The notes under the pieces are model-generated. The model saw nothing but the letters and a program-made list of their open reading frames with translations, was not told the origin of the DNA and did no database searches. A stretch of DNA of 64,000 bases, taken from the NCBI RefSeq assembly GCF_001194135.2, contig NC_068997.1, positions 4,892,207 through 4,956,206 on the forward strand, in the 5' to 3' direction. This document shows, piece by piece, positions 12,470-25,378 of this stretch; positions within the stretch are counted from its first letter, which is position 1; the number at the start of each line of letters is the position of its first letter. The translations under genes were made by a program, and so were the position numbers. The DNA is from Octopus bimaculoides (taxonomy: Eukaryota).

Positions 12470-13699
12470 AAGAAAAAAAAATTAAATGTTTTAATACTAT
12501 TAAATTTTTTGAGCAGTGAATGGTGTAGAATCTGTGTAGATGTTATCAAAAAAGAAACAATGATATCTGTAAAATATCAAAAACACTGGTGTGGGTGCCG
12601 GTAGCATGTAAAAAGCACTGGTCATAGTGGCATGTAAAAAGCACCTAGTACACTCTGTAAAGTGGCTGGCACTAGGAAGAGTATCCAACTGTAGAAACCA
12701 AGCTAAAACAGACAATGGAACCTGGTACGGCCCCTGGCTTTGCCAGTTCCTGTCCAGCCATCCAACCCATGCCAGCATGGATGTTAAATGTCGATGATGA
12801 TGATGATGAATCCTCACTACCTTTCATGCCTTTCTGTAGCTGTGTTGTGTGGCCATGTGTTATTCATTCTCACTAATAATCACTAATTAAGTTCTTTGTT
12901 CAGCTTTTAAAGCTCTTGACAAATGTGGAAAAAAATATTTTTTAAAGAAGCGAAAGATAGCGGAGCTTCTGGGATGTAGCCAACTCTTGATAGTCATATA
13001 TTATGTGATAGCGTTCATGTATGGAGTGTGTGTATATGAGAATACTGTAGTTAGCAATTCTTATTTGTTCATTATACTTACATTTCAAAATTCATTTGAG
13101 CTTTACTAAGTATTTGACTGCTAGCATTAGATATTGCAAATACTGACTCTGTATACCAGTTTTTTTTTGAGCCATTTTGTTATGCAGAGGATAGTAGTAT
13201 ACCTGTGGTTGCAAAGGTGTTGCGGGGAATTGATCCTTGTATATCTCCTATGATCCTATACTTCCCAAGAATCTTTAGCTGACTTTCAATATGTTTCTAT
13301 CAAAAGTTTAATGCTATTTATGAGTTTGCAAGGAAATGAATGTCCATCAAAGTTAAAATGTATCTAGCAACATTAGTAGCTACTTTAATATGGATTAAAG
13401 CCCCATGATCTTTCAACAACTTCATGCGCTAGTTACATCTAATTATTATAGCACAGGGCAGCCTTGCCACATATAATCTTATAAGTGAGAATAAAGGAAG
13501 CTGCTTCACCTGAATTTTAAATAAACAAAAAATGATACTATAATTCATAGCTTATCCAAAACAACATCTGTTCCATTGTCAGCCATGCTGGATGCAGTTG
13601 ATTTTTGAGAGCAGATTTTTTCCACAAATAACAAACCTCTGTGTGTGTGTGTGTGTGTATGCTTAGATGATACATGCCCCCATGATGAACTCCCTCAAA

Positions 13700-13912
13700 A
13701 CATTGCACTGCCTGACTGGCCCTCGTGCCGGTGGCACGTAAAAGCACCCACTACACTCTCGGAGTGGTTGGCGTTAGGAAGGGCATCCAGCTGTAGGAAC
13801 TCTGCCAAATCAGATTGGAGCCTGGTGTCGCCTCCTGGTCCACCAGTCCTCAGTCAAATCATCCAACCCATGCTAGCATGGAAAGCGGACGTTAAACGAT
13901 GATGATGATGAT
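13700..13912 (+). mobile_element. RTE 3'-tail copy (representative)
   Basis: GGCGTTAGGAAGGGCATCCAGCTGTA...CATGCTAGCATGGAAAGCGGACGTTAAACGATGATG; related copies near 12590-12810, 21150-21330(-), 22860-23125, 23850-24050(-), 40820-41090 (both strands), 45665-45930(-), 46445-46560 and 47080-47300. Confidence 0.8.
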
Positions 13913-14307
13913 AAACAAATTCATTATTCAACACAGTTTTTTTTTTCTCAAACAGCAAGAGAGATAAGCACTCATCCAAGAGTAGCACACCTTGATTTCT
14001 TGCTTTCTTTACAAGACTTTATTGTGAAAAATTGTTCAGATATTAAGATACTTTCTTAACATAAAACCAATAGCAGCTTTCAAACACAAATAAAGAATTG
14101 TTATTCACCAATGCAATGTTGAGTACTCACTCTCACTGTTCGACATGTCAATATATATATATAAACAACTTCCCTTCTCTATTTTTAACAAAATTGTTGA
14201 GTTCTATGGGATTTCTTTCCATAAATTAAACACATCATATACAAGTATTATTTTCATATTTGCAAATTTACGCTTGTAAACTACCAGCAAAATATGAAGA
14301 ACCAACC

Positions 14308-14344
<37 letters not shown>

Positions 14345-14358
14345 GTAGATATACTTAC

Positions 14359-14429
14359 AAGATTCCATTGTTGTTGCAGCTCCCAGTTCACAACTTTTTC
14401 AGAAATAATAACAGTTCCAGGATCTAAGC
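14359..14429 (-). CDS. UPP1: Uridine phosphorylase, coding exon 4 (GLDPGTVIISEKVVNWELQQQWNL)
   Basis: ttctcaccaag| acceptor, |gtaagt donor, 71 nt, phase 1/0; GL.PGTV motif. Confidence 0.92.
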
Positions 14430-14503
14430 CTTGGTGAGAAGAGAATCATAAAATGAAATAGAAATTGTCTATATGCAAGTGCAAGTGTATATGTGTGTTT
14501 TTA

Positions 14504-14535
<32 letters not shown>

Positions 14536-15039
14536 CACATTTATGTATGATATTGTATTGTATTACATTTATGTATACACAGCCACCATGCACATATATG
14601 TATCTCTGTATACATACAGACACACATATCTATATACACATACAAGTAACTGTGTGAATACATATGAATGCCTAGAGTGGCTTAGTATTGTTCTAGTTCT
14701 CAAATGTATATCTGTGTGTATACATATGTGTATTTATACTATATTAATGCATATGTGGGCATTTATTGCCAGTACAATTATGTTCCGAAAGTTTTTGTTT
14801 ATAAAATAAACTCACCATGACCTATTTCTCTCTCCAGTTGTAAAAAGCCACTCTCAAGTCAATAAGTCTGATGTCTTGCCTATACAGCTAAACAGTTAAG
14901 TGCTTTAAATGTGCGAAACCAATGGTCACTCTATGACTGACCATAACAAACAACTTCTAAATATATATATATACAGACACACATATATATATGTATATAC
15001 CCATACTCACACACATATCATCAGCATCATTTTACATCT

Positions 15040-15560
15040 GCTTTTCAAGGTGTGAATGAGTTGAACTGATCTTCCCCATCAAAGTATCTCGCTATATATT
15101 ATCTTCCTTTGTCATCTCTTTCATGAGATTCACCTTCCCCCACTTGTCTCTGTGTCTTCCACTTCTACAGATTCCTTCCTCTTGAATCACTTAGTATTTC
15201 TGTTACTGAACTCCCATTCTTCATATACATTACTTATTGATGACACTTCTCTCTTATACAATACATATTATACTTCTTGTACCCGATCTTTCTCTCAGCC
15301 ATTTGTACTCAGCCATTCATGTAGACGTAATATCATGCTTCAAGCAAGGCATGCTTGCCTCATTTCTCTGTAATCTTCATTCATTCTCTACATTCAATGC
15401 CCATGTTTTACTATCATGTAACAACATATTTCATATACCATCATTAGTGAGGTCCTTACCTCAGCTAGTGATCAAGTGAAACTTTCTTTATTGATAGAAG
15501 ACTTAACAACTCACAGAACTTCTCACCCTCTGTTCTTACTCTAGCCCAGAAGTTCTCAAC
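15040..15560 (-). mobile_element. Old RTE-type LINE C-terminal fragment
   Basis: Minus strand reads LHDSKTWALNVENE*RLQRNEASM, resembling the C-terminal part of the 1.6-2.9 kb element. Confidence 0.6.
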
Positions 15561-16414
15561 ATGGGTGCACTAGGGATGTCAAAAGGGACATTAAGCTTTA
15601 GTGGGTGTTAAGCTAACATAATTACCATACTAAATTTTATCTATAGTAGTAATTATATTATATATAAAACTAGTCGTGGTTCTTAAAATGAAATGAGATC
15701 TCATCAGGCACATTGAAGATGTTAACTTGCAATGTTTAAAGTAAATTTACAACATATATGTGTTAATCTTTTCTCGTGTCACTGTTAAAAGCTTATACAA
15801 TCCATTTTTAGATTAAGATTTATAAATTATCATCCATACTAAGTTAGTTTAGTCATGATACCTCACTCACCATATAAGTAGCTGCTAGGCGTAACAACTA
15901 CTTAAAAGGATGGGAGGGGGGAGGTTAAGCATAATAATTACTTAAGTGGGTATGCTATAAAAAAAGGGTTAAATAGACACCTATCTCTGCCTGCTGAATT
16001 CTTTTCTGTTCTCATTCCTAATTCTTACATTGCAGATAGCATCAAGCTATGACCTGCACACTTCTCACAACCTGTTTATCTGTACTTAGTCTTCTTTGTG
16101 GTTGCTAGACTACAGAGCACTGAATGTAGTTAAAGACCTTCCCCAGGTCAATGAATGTTAAGTATGGTGGTTTCCTCTTTGGTAAGAATTCCTCCTGCAG
16201 TTGTCTAACAGGGGCATATGTGTATGTGTATTTATCTGTATGTGTGCTTGTGTGTGTGTGTGTGTGTGTGCGCACGCAACTGGGTGTGTACTTGGTATTA
16301 TGGGATTACTGTAGGTGTGTGTGTGTGTGTGTGTTTGGTATAATAGGATTAGTGTAGGTGAGTGCGTACAGAATATAGGAAGCTAAATGGTCAAAAAACG
16401 AATGGTTTCTTTAC

Positions 16415-16529
16415 CAAGTCCACCACTGGTGCCAAGACGGAAGAATGTGACATCAGAACAACCTGCATGAAACAAGAGTTTACCAATTTCTTGCAACACA
16501 GTAGACAAAGACGGAATTCCAATGCCATG
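16415..16529 (-). CDS. UPP1: Uridine phosphorylase, coding exon 3 (HGIGIPSLSTVLQEIGKLLFHAGCSDVTFFRLGTSGGL)
   Basis: ttttcag| acceptor, G|gtaaag donor, 115 nt, phase 0/1; absent from the ORF track; HG.G.PS and R.GTSGG motifs. Confidence 0.95.
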
Positions 16530-16839
16530 CTGAAAATATATAAGCAAATTCATTTGTATAATATATATATTTATACATATACAGAGAGACAGACAGACAG
16601 ATAGATATAGATGCAGTCAGACATACAAATAGAGATCCTGATGGTGGTGGTGGTGGTGATGGTGTAATGGTTATGTGGTGTGACAGTGGTAGTAGTTGTG
16701 GTAGTGGTTTGGTAGGTAGTTATTGATAGAGAGTGGGGTGTGGGAGTGATAATGTGTGATAGTTGTATCTATGGTGGTGTTGGTGGTGGTGCTAATGATG
16801 CTACTGATGATATGATGATGATGATGATGGCAGTGATGG

Positions 16840-16874
<35 letters not shown>

Positions 16875-16958
16875 GCAATGATAGTGACTACAATTAATAC
16901 CACCACCACCATACAGTCAAGGTATAACACATAACACAGTACAGAAATGCATACTTAC

Positions 16959-17111
16959 ATTAACAAAGAGGACTTGCCCGACCTTGTAGAATACGTAACG
17001 ATCAGTACTCTGAGCATAGTTGTAAGGTTCCTTGCCTTCTGCAGTAAGTCGTTCTTCCATAAGACGAGCAAAGGCAGCCATCCTCTTTGCTGAGCCACCC
17101 ATACAGACAAA
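16959..17111 (-). CDS. UPP1: Uridine phosphorylase, coding exon 2 (FVCMGGSAKR...YVFYKVGQVLFVN)
   Basis: ctctttatag| acceptor, |gtaagt donor, 153 nt, phase 0/0; FVCMGGS..R and RY..YKVG motifs. Confidence 0.95.
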
Positions 17112-19000
17112 CTATAAAGAGAAATATCCCCAGAAAAGGTGAACATTAATAATGAGTTCAAATTTTTGCCACGAGGGCAGCTTGTGGGAGGGAATTAAGT
17201 CAATTACATCAACCCCAATGTGTAAATGGTACTTATTTAATCAACCCTGAAAGGATGAAAAGCAAAGTCAACCTCAGCAGAATTTGAACTCATAACGTAA
17301 TGGCAGACGAAATACCACTAAGCATTTTGCCCAGTGTGCTAACAATTCTGCCAGCTCACTGTCTTAAAGTGGACATTAATAATGATTAGTTAATAAGCAG
17401 ATTCGTTAGAACATGGTAACAAAATGGCTAGCAGTAATTGTAATGGCTCTTTGTATTGTGAGTTCAAATACCACTAAAGCCAACTTTGCTTTTTAACTCT
17501 CCCTAGGGGTTGATAAATAAAGTACTATTATGGGTTGATTCTTCTCTCTCTTTCTCTCTAACACTCAATCTATCTCTCCTTCCCTCTCTCTCACTATCAC
17601 ACACACACACACGCACACATTTCATTAGAAGAGAGTCATAAGGAACCACTCATCACAAGTGGTCCTACCTCATCCAGCACCCTACAAAACTCAGCCAAAG
17701 AAACCATAGAAAAGGGTAGGCATGGATGGGCTGGTATGAGGTGATTTTAATGAATTAAGAATATATTGTATACAACATTTAGTAAACCTTAACTTAGTAA
17801 AACAAATTTGTGCAATGGGTCTCTTTCAGTTATTTCTCCTTATAGTTCCATTTACATTTTATTATGCAAATTATTCATGGCCAAAAATGTACTAAACTAT
17901 TTTTGGATAATGATAATGTAAATTATTTATTATTATTATGGCCGGGTTCCAACCCAGGTCAGATTTTATGTCCTTTCTAATACATACTCCTCATGTAGAT
18001 TGCATTTTCTCATTAGTAGAGACAGGATCTCCTCTGGTGAGGCAGAAATTGCATGGATCCAACGAATCAGTTTGTTGAAGCTTACATCCACCAAAAACCA
18101 ACCTCTCGCAATTCAAGGCTGGAACTTTTAATCATTGAGGTTTACTCTTCTGGGTATGTTTGGTCCAGGACTGTTTATTTTTATATTCACAGATAACCTT
18201 CACATTTGAAGGCCTTTCCCCTATCTGTCACTTGGAGACCTGGTCGAAGGAAGTTTTCTCTCCACACCAAAGGCTGTCAGAAGATAGTTTGGCTCAGTCC
18301 TCCCCACCAACTGCCTTAGGAGCCCTCTCTCCAGAGTTTCTGTAGGAGTTTACTCCCTTAACCTTTCCCAATGCAAGAGAATGTGAAAATAATATAAAAC
18401 GGAATATGAAAATAAGAATATAAATATAAAAAGATGCTGAAAAATATACAATATATATATACACACACAAACAAAACACATACACACAAATATCCCATAC
18501 ATAATGTACACACTGCTGAAAGGCTGTTAACTCTTGTGAACAAGCTCAGTAGGGTTGCCAATTTAGTCACCAATGACTCATCCATGTGACAGGTTTTATT
18601 GGGTTACATGTTACCAGTAGCACTTTGCAAGTGACCTAACAATGTAAAAGCAGCAAGCAGAACATGTATAAACACACACACACACAGAGTCTGCACTAAT
18701 GTTCAGCTCATCAAAGTTTTTGGTGATTTTTCCATGACATATATGCATGTGTGTATATGTATGAAAGTGTATGACTGTATGGGTGTGTATGTGCATGTGC
18801 ACACACAACAAACACTCGTGTGTGTGTGTGTGTGTTTGTGTGCGTGTGTGTGTGTGTGTGTTTGTGTGAGTATGTACATGCATGTGTGAGTGTGTGTGAT
18901 ATTCCATCCAGTTGAAAATATATTTTCAACTGGAAGGAATATCACACACAAATACACTATAGAAGAAGCAGGTTAATGCCTCATACAATATTAAAATGTT

Positions 19001-19100
19001 TGATGAAATATTTAAAAGTCTGATGTACTATTTTAATGTCTGATGCAATATTCTAATGGCTGATGTAATATTTTAACATCTGATGTAATATTTAAAATGT
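19001..19100. repeat. 20-bp tandem repeat, 5 copies
   Basis: TGATGTAATATTTTAATGTC variants at exact 20-nt spacing. Confidence 0.8.
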
Positions 19101-19191
19101 AATATTCTCATTTAAAACTGTTATATATTTTAACCATTGTGGTGTAATATTTAAGTACATGACATACTATTTTAATTTAACACAGCTTTAC

Positions 19192-19302
19192 CTTAACATC
19201 TCCAAATAATTTAGAGACATCATCTTTAGGGACATTTATCCCAATATGGAAGAGATGGTCATCTGTCATCTGTTTAATTCTCTGGTTTGGAATAGAAGCC
19301 AT
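19192..19302 (-). CDS. UPP1: Uridine phosphorylase, coding exon 1 (MASIPNQRIKQMTDDHLFHIGINVPKDDVSKLFGDVK)
   Basis: Acceptor tctatag|a then ATG at 19302; donor AAG|gtaaag at 19191; 111 nt; LFHI...LFGDVK matches the UPP1/2 N-terminus. UPP1 versus UPP2 orthology is not resolvable here. Confidence 0.9.
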
Positions 19303-19740
19303 TCTATAGAACAAAAATATGTAAAAGTTATGAAAAATATTTGCAAAAAAAAAAAGCACCACACACTTAAAGTTATTTTAAAAAGCAAAAAAAAAACATA
19401 TAAAAAACAAAAATAATTTATGTAAAAAACATACGTAAAAACCTAAAAGGTAAAAATAATGACCACCACCAGAAACACTAAACCACCACCACTCATACTA
19501 ACCATTACTCACACTGACACCACCACTACTTATACTGCCATTACTCACACCACCACCATCACCTTGGTTACCTTTCTAGAACCTGTTCTGTTGCAAGACC
19601 TGATCTCTAGTTTGGGATAAACTCCTCCCATTCCACCAACACTCACAGAAATCATGTAAAGAATTGTATTTGAGAATAAACTTGATTTTTTTTTTAAAAA
19701 GTCACCATTAATCAAGCAAATTTATGTTCAAAGATAATTA

Positions 19741-19804
19741 GGTCACCTTATATACAAAGAGCTAAGTAGGTCACCTAATATACAAAGAGCTAAGTTGGTC
19801 ACTT
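19741..19804. repeat. 28-bp tandem repeat, 2.3 copies
   Basis: GGTCACCTTATATACAAAGAGCTAAGTA / GGTCACCTAATATACAAAGAGCTAAGTT / GGTCACTT. Confidence 0.85.
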
Positions 19805-19916
19805 TGATAAAATCTCCGTGTATGCATATGCTTGTGTGTTCATGTGTATATGTGTGTGATTATGTGCGTGGAATATGTATGTATGTATGTATGTATGTAT
19901 ATATATTCTTCTATTA

Positions 19917-20283
19917 TTTTACTTCTTTCAGTCATTTAACTGTGGCCATACTGGAGCACGACCTTAAAGGGTGTTAGTTGAAGAAATTGATCCTAAGACT
20001 TATTCCTTGTAAGCCTAGTACTTATTCTATCGGTCTCTTTTGCTGAACTGCTAAGTTATGAGGGCATAAACACACCAGCATCAGTTGTCAAATGATGGTA
20101 GGGAGACAAACACAAACACACTCACACATATACAACAGGTTTCTTCCAGTTTCCATCTACTAAATCCACTCACAAGGCTTTGGTCGGCCCAAGGATATAG
20201 TAGAAGACACTTGCCCAAGGTGCCACGTAGTGGGACTGAATCTGGAACTGTGTGGTTGGGAAGCAGGCTTACCACACAGCCAC
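19917..20283 (-). mobile_element. tRNA-headed SINE family A (representative near-full copy)
   Basis: Head GTGGCTGTGTGGTAAG...GGTTCCGGGTTCAGTCCCAC (A/B-box-like); tail CAGCATGGCCGCAGT...TGACTGAAACAAGTAA; other copies near 3010-3200, 9200-9360, 23615-23830, 25466-25623, 33785-33950, 41128-41290, 46292-46790, 54560-54800, 55720-56075, 58738-59098, 62765-62920, 63300-63590 and 63800-63955. Confidence 0.8.
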
Positions 20284-20318
20284 AAATAAATGAATGCATG
20301 TATACATTTGTCTGTCTG

Positions 20319-20374
<56 letters not shown>

Positions 20375-20378
<4 letters not shown>

Positions 20379-20833
20379 GCCTCACCGAGGCGATGACTAC
20401 GGACCGAGACCTTTGGAAATGGGCTGTGCGTGAGAAGACCCGGCAAGCCAAGTAAGATCGTTGCCAGTGCCCCTGGACTGGTTCTTGTGCGGGTGGCACA
20501 TGAGATGCACCATTTTGAGCGTGGCCGTTGCCAGTACCGCCTGACTGGCTCCTGTAGGATTTTCGAGCGAGATCGTTGCCAGTGCCCCTGGACTGGCTTG
20601 TGCGGGTGGCACATAAAAGACACCATTTCGAGCGTGGCCGTTTTCGTGCGGGTGACACGTAAAAGCACCCACTACACTCTCTGAGTGGTTGGCGTTAGGA
20701 AGGGCATCCAGCTGTAGAAACTCTGCCAAATCAGACTGGAGCCTGGTGTTGCCATCCGGTTTCACCAGTCCTCAGTCAAATCGTCCAACCCATGCTAGCA
20801 TGGAAAGCGGACGTTAAACGATGATGATGATGA
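20375..20833 (+). mobile_element. Young 5'-truncated RTE LINE insertion
   Basis: LGLTEAMTTDRDLWKWAVREKTRQAK* then a CpG-rich 3' UTR and (GAT)n tail; homologous to 2550-2860; retained CpGs suggest a recent insertion. Confidence 0.85.
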
Positions 20834-20889
20834 TATATTCATACATACATATATATATTAATTATCTGAAGTGTACACCATTATATACT

Positions 20890-20990
20890 CATCATGGCTG
20901 ATCTTACCAATTGGTTTCGCACTAGGGGTACAGCGTGTTAGGTAACAATTTAATTATACAACTCTACGCTCATCAGAGGTAGCTGATATG
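20890..20990 (-). ncRNA. Type I hammerhead ribozyme motif with intact core
   Basis: CUGAUGA at 20976-20970, G10.1-C11.1 closure, GAAA at 20918-20915, helix III ACC-AAUU-GGU, GUA cleavage triplet ending at 20905; helix I is imperfect. Confidence 0.65.
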
Positions 20991-23900
20991 GAATGAAATA
21001 CGGCAACAATAGAGACCAGTCACCATATTTTATACTGTACACTTCAGATAATACATCCACTCTATTGACAGATATATGAGTGCATCTTTTCCATGACTTA
21101 TGGATTTTTAGATGACTTACTTATGTGTGTGTGTATATATATATATATATATCATCATCATCATCATTTAACATCCGCTTTCCATGCTAGCATGGGTTGG
21201 ATGACAGGAGCTGGCTAGGCAGAAGACTGCACCATGCTTTGCTGTCTGTTTTGGCACGGTCTTTTATAGTTGAATGCCCTTCCAAATGCCAACCACTTTA
21301 CAGTGTGGACTGGATGCTTCCTATGTGGCATCAGCACTGGTACGATAACCGAGTAACTTACAAGACAAAGAAGCCTTGCTGTAGAGGTGATACATGGTTA
21401 CTGAGAGAGAGAGAGAGACAGACAGAGAGACAGAGAGAGAGACAGAGAGACAGAGAGATAGACAGAGAGACAGAGAGACAGAGAGAGAGATGTCCAATGA
21501 CCAATTTGCTATGTTAAAAAGTTTACTTTGCATTCACCATTTCACATGTACAACTCCAAACCATAAATCCATCAGGCTGATCCTATGGAAAGACAATGAT
21601 TGAAGAAGCATAATACTCATTATGATTTCCCATACCTTCCTTTTTCTATTTCATGCACACAGACAATCACATACATTAACATATTAGCAATCATCACCAG
21701 TCAGTCTACTTTGTTCAGCTCTCTTAGCATTAAAATGTTATTGATCTCTTGACCTGCCTTTGGCATTTAATTGGTATTAGTCACATGAACACTTTTTCTT
21801 CCAGGTAGCTAATTAGTGAAATTATACTATTAAGTTCACTTCTTTAATCTCAGTGGTTGCTTACCAACAACCTTTTGAAGATTCTAACTATTATAAAATC
21901 TTGGAATCAAAGATTTATTCCAAATTTAATGATAGCAACTTAAAAGAGAGACCACACAAATCATAACACAAATGTCACTAATTAACGCATTTCATGGTTT
22001 CATAGATAATTTCTCAATAACATGATCAACAAGCGCATGTATTTCTTACTGAATTCTATTACACATTTATAAATCACTAACCTAAACGGCACTCTCCATG
22101 TGGACTTTTAGGCTAGCTCCTGCAGAGGGTTAAATGGGCTTGCAGCCCAAAACTAAAGATAATAAAGCATATATTAGTACCAAAAAACAATATGGTATTA
22201 CTTTAAATTCAGTTTAAATGAAAAACTTGTAAGTTAACAAATTTTTTGAGTTCTTTTAAAATTTGAATTTTCAGCTGTTAGCATATAACAAGTCCTCATC
22301 CAGACCTGATCCCTATGCTGCATCTTCAAGAACCAATTGAAGAACACATCAGATTTTCAATCTTGGGAGCATCCTGATTCTAAAAAAGTATGTGTCTATG
22401 TAGAGCAAATTTAGACTAAGATACAGAGGTCCCAAACAGATGGACAGTTTCATGCTTATTATTATAGATGCTTTTCAACCCCATTCAAAATATATACACT
22501 CCTTTCACAAGTAACAAATACACATTTCAAACTCATGAACTTCACTTAAAGAGTAGAACAATAAACAATTTTTCCTGTCTTCCACTAAATATTAATATTA
22601 ATATTGTGCAAATATTCCATGTATCTTCTCTACAGCAACACACCTATTTCTGTCCTCATTCTTGATCTCTTTCCCCTTTCCCTCCCCCCTCTCTCTCTCT
22701 CTCTCTCTCCCTCTCTCTGACTGAGTAACCACATATCTCCTCTGTGGCAAGACACCTGCCTCTATCCCTCAGTCACACTCTAACTGCTCATCACCTAGCA
22801 CAAGGCCACCCCTCTCAAACAATCTTTGTCTTGCAAGTTACTTGGTGACCTTACCAGTGCTGATGCATCCAATCCACTGTAAAGTGGTTGGTGTTTGGAA
22901 GGGCATCCAGCTGTAAAAACCATGCCAAAACAGGCTCCACTAGTGCAGATGCCATGTGAAAAGCACTTTGTCCACTGTGTAAGGTGGTTGGTATTAGGAA
23001 GGGCATCCAGCTGTAAAAACCCTGCCAAAACAGACAGTGAAGCCTGGAGCAGTCTTCTGCCTGGTTAGCCCTTGTCAAACCATCCAACCCATGCCAGCAT
23101 GGAAAACAGATGTTAACTGATGATGACAATGAGTCTTCACATAGAAAAATATGTACTAACAATGTACCAAACACACAATACTCGTGTTAAAAATAGGCCT
23201 CAAGTTTTCCTATATACTTCTTGACATTAAATACTGTTTTAAATACCTCATATGAATGGTATATTGCTACAAATTAATTTTTACATGTCATTCAAGAATG
23301 AAGAAGGTTCTACTGTTTTTATTTTCTTAGTAAGTATTATTCTTGAATTTTGCAATGCGTCACTTCGTTTGTTCTACATGAATGCACAAGTTTAACTTGT
23401 GTAACACTTTAATAGATTGTTTCTATGAACATGTGACACAATGGTGTCACTGAAACCAGTCTCTTTTTCTATACTTTCTATTTCAATTGCTTAAAATATG
23501 GAAATCATTTTAAGCTATTAAATATAAATTCAATACATATTTAATATGTCAAAAAGTGTGCAAGACAATATACAGCTTATTTTATTGTGTATATTGTATC
23601 TTTTATGTTTTATTTTTACTTGTTTCAGTCACCTCGACTGTGGCGATGCTGGAGCACCACACTGAAGGGTTTTTTGTCAAGCAAATTGACCCTAGGACAT
23701 ATTTCTTTTAAAGTCTAGTATTTATTCTATCAGACTATTTTGCCGAACCACTAAGTTATGGGGATGTAAACACACCAACATCAGTTGTCAAGCAGTGGTG
23801 GGAGACAAACACAGACACAAAGACACACACACACAGATATATACATATATATATCATCACCATTTACTGTTCACTTTTCATACTGGTATGGTTGGATGGT

Positions 23901-24039
23901 TTGATGGTTGGATGGTTGGATGGTTGGATGGTTGGTATGGTTTGATGGTTGGATGGTTAGGCAAAGGACTGCACCATGCTTTGCTGTCTGTTTTGGCATG
24001 GTTTTTGCACCTTGATGCCCTTCCTAACACTAACCACTC

Positions 24040-24500
24040 AACAGAGTGGACTAGCTGCTACAAGGGTGATGCCTTAGATAGAAACAACTACAGAGGTATA
24101 TACAGAGGTATCATATAGCTAAACCAGGTCATGAAAGCTCAACTAATTAGGAATATAATTAAACTAGATGAGATGCTATTTAGTTTTGTACCAGGGAAGA
24201 GTACCACAGATGTTATCTTCCCAGTGAGACAGCTGCAGGTAAAATATTTGGTAAAAAGTAGGCCATTGTACTTGGCTTTCGTCAACCAGGAGATAGAATA
24301 CCTCACTCTGTTATCTGGTGGTCTCTAAGGAAGTTAGGAGTAGATTAGTAGCTTGTTAGAGCTATACAAGTTATGTGTAGTAGTGCTGTCAGTAGGGTGG
24401 GAGTCGACCATGAATACAGTGATGAATTTAACGTACAAGTAGGAGTCCACCAGGGATCAGTTCTCAGTCCACTATTATTTATCATAGTCATCCAGGGCAT
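24040..24500 (+). mobile_element. RTE-type LINE reverse transcriptase fragment
   Basis: YRGI.L...VMK, DEMLFSFVPGKSTTDVIF.VRQLQ.KYL, LYLAFV, VGVHQGSVLSPLLFIIV. Confidence 0.85.
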
Positions 24501-24567
24501 CCAGCTGTAAAAAAAACATACATATATATACATATATGTATGTATATATATATATATATATATATAT

Positions 24568-25378
24568 NNNNNNNNNNNNNNNNNNNNNNNNNNNNNNNNN
24601 NNNNNNNNNNNNNNNNNNNNNNNNNNNNNNNNNNNNNNNNNNNNNNNNNNNNNNNNNNNNNNNNNNNNNNNNNNNNNNNNNNNNNNNNNNNNNNNNNNNN
24701 NNNNNNNNNNNNNNNNNNNNNNNNNNNNNNNNNNNNNNNNNNNNNNNNNNNNNNNNNNNNNNNNNNNNNNNNNNNNNNNNNNNNNNNNNNNNNNNNNNNN
24801 NNNNNNNNNNNNNNNNNNNNNNNNNNNNNNNNNNNNNNNNNNNNNNNNNNNNNNNNNNNNNNNNNNNNNNNNNNNNNNNNNNNNNNNNNNNNNNNNNNNN
24901 NNNNNNNNNNNNNNNNNNNNNNNNNNNNNNNNNNNNNNNNNNNNNNNNNNNNNNNNNNNNNNNNNNNNNNNNNNNNNNNNNNNNNNNNNNNNNNNNNNNN
25001 NNNNNNNNNNNNNNNNNNNNNNNNNNNNNNNNNNNNNNNNNNNNNNNNNNNNNNNNNNNNNNNNNNNNNNNNNNNNNNNNNNNNNNNNNNNNNNNNNNNN
25101 NNNNNNNNNNNNNNNNNNNNNNNNNNNNNNNNNNNNNNNNNNNNNNNNNNNNNNNNNNNNNNNNNNNNNNNNNNNNNNNNNNNNNNNNNNNNNNNNNNNN
25201 NNNNNNNNNNNNNNNNNNNNNNNNNNNNNNNNNNNNNNNNNNNNNNNNNNNNNNNNNNNNNNNNNNNNNNNNNNNNNNNNNNNNNNNNNNNNNNNNNNNN
25301 NNNNNNNNNNNNNNNNNNNNNNNNNNNNNNNNNNNNNNNNNNNNNNNNNNNNNNNNNNNNNNNNNNNNNNNNNNNNNN
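24568..25378. other. Assembly gap (largest)
   Basis: N runs at 8167-8266, 10886-10998, 11216-11225, 24568-25378, 33028-33292 and 40444-40543. Confidence 1.
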
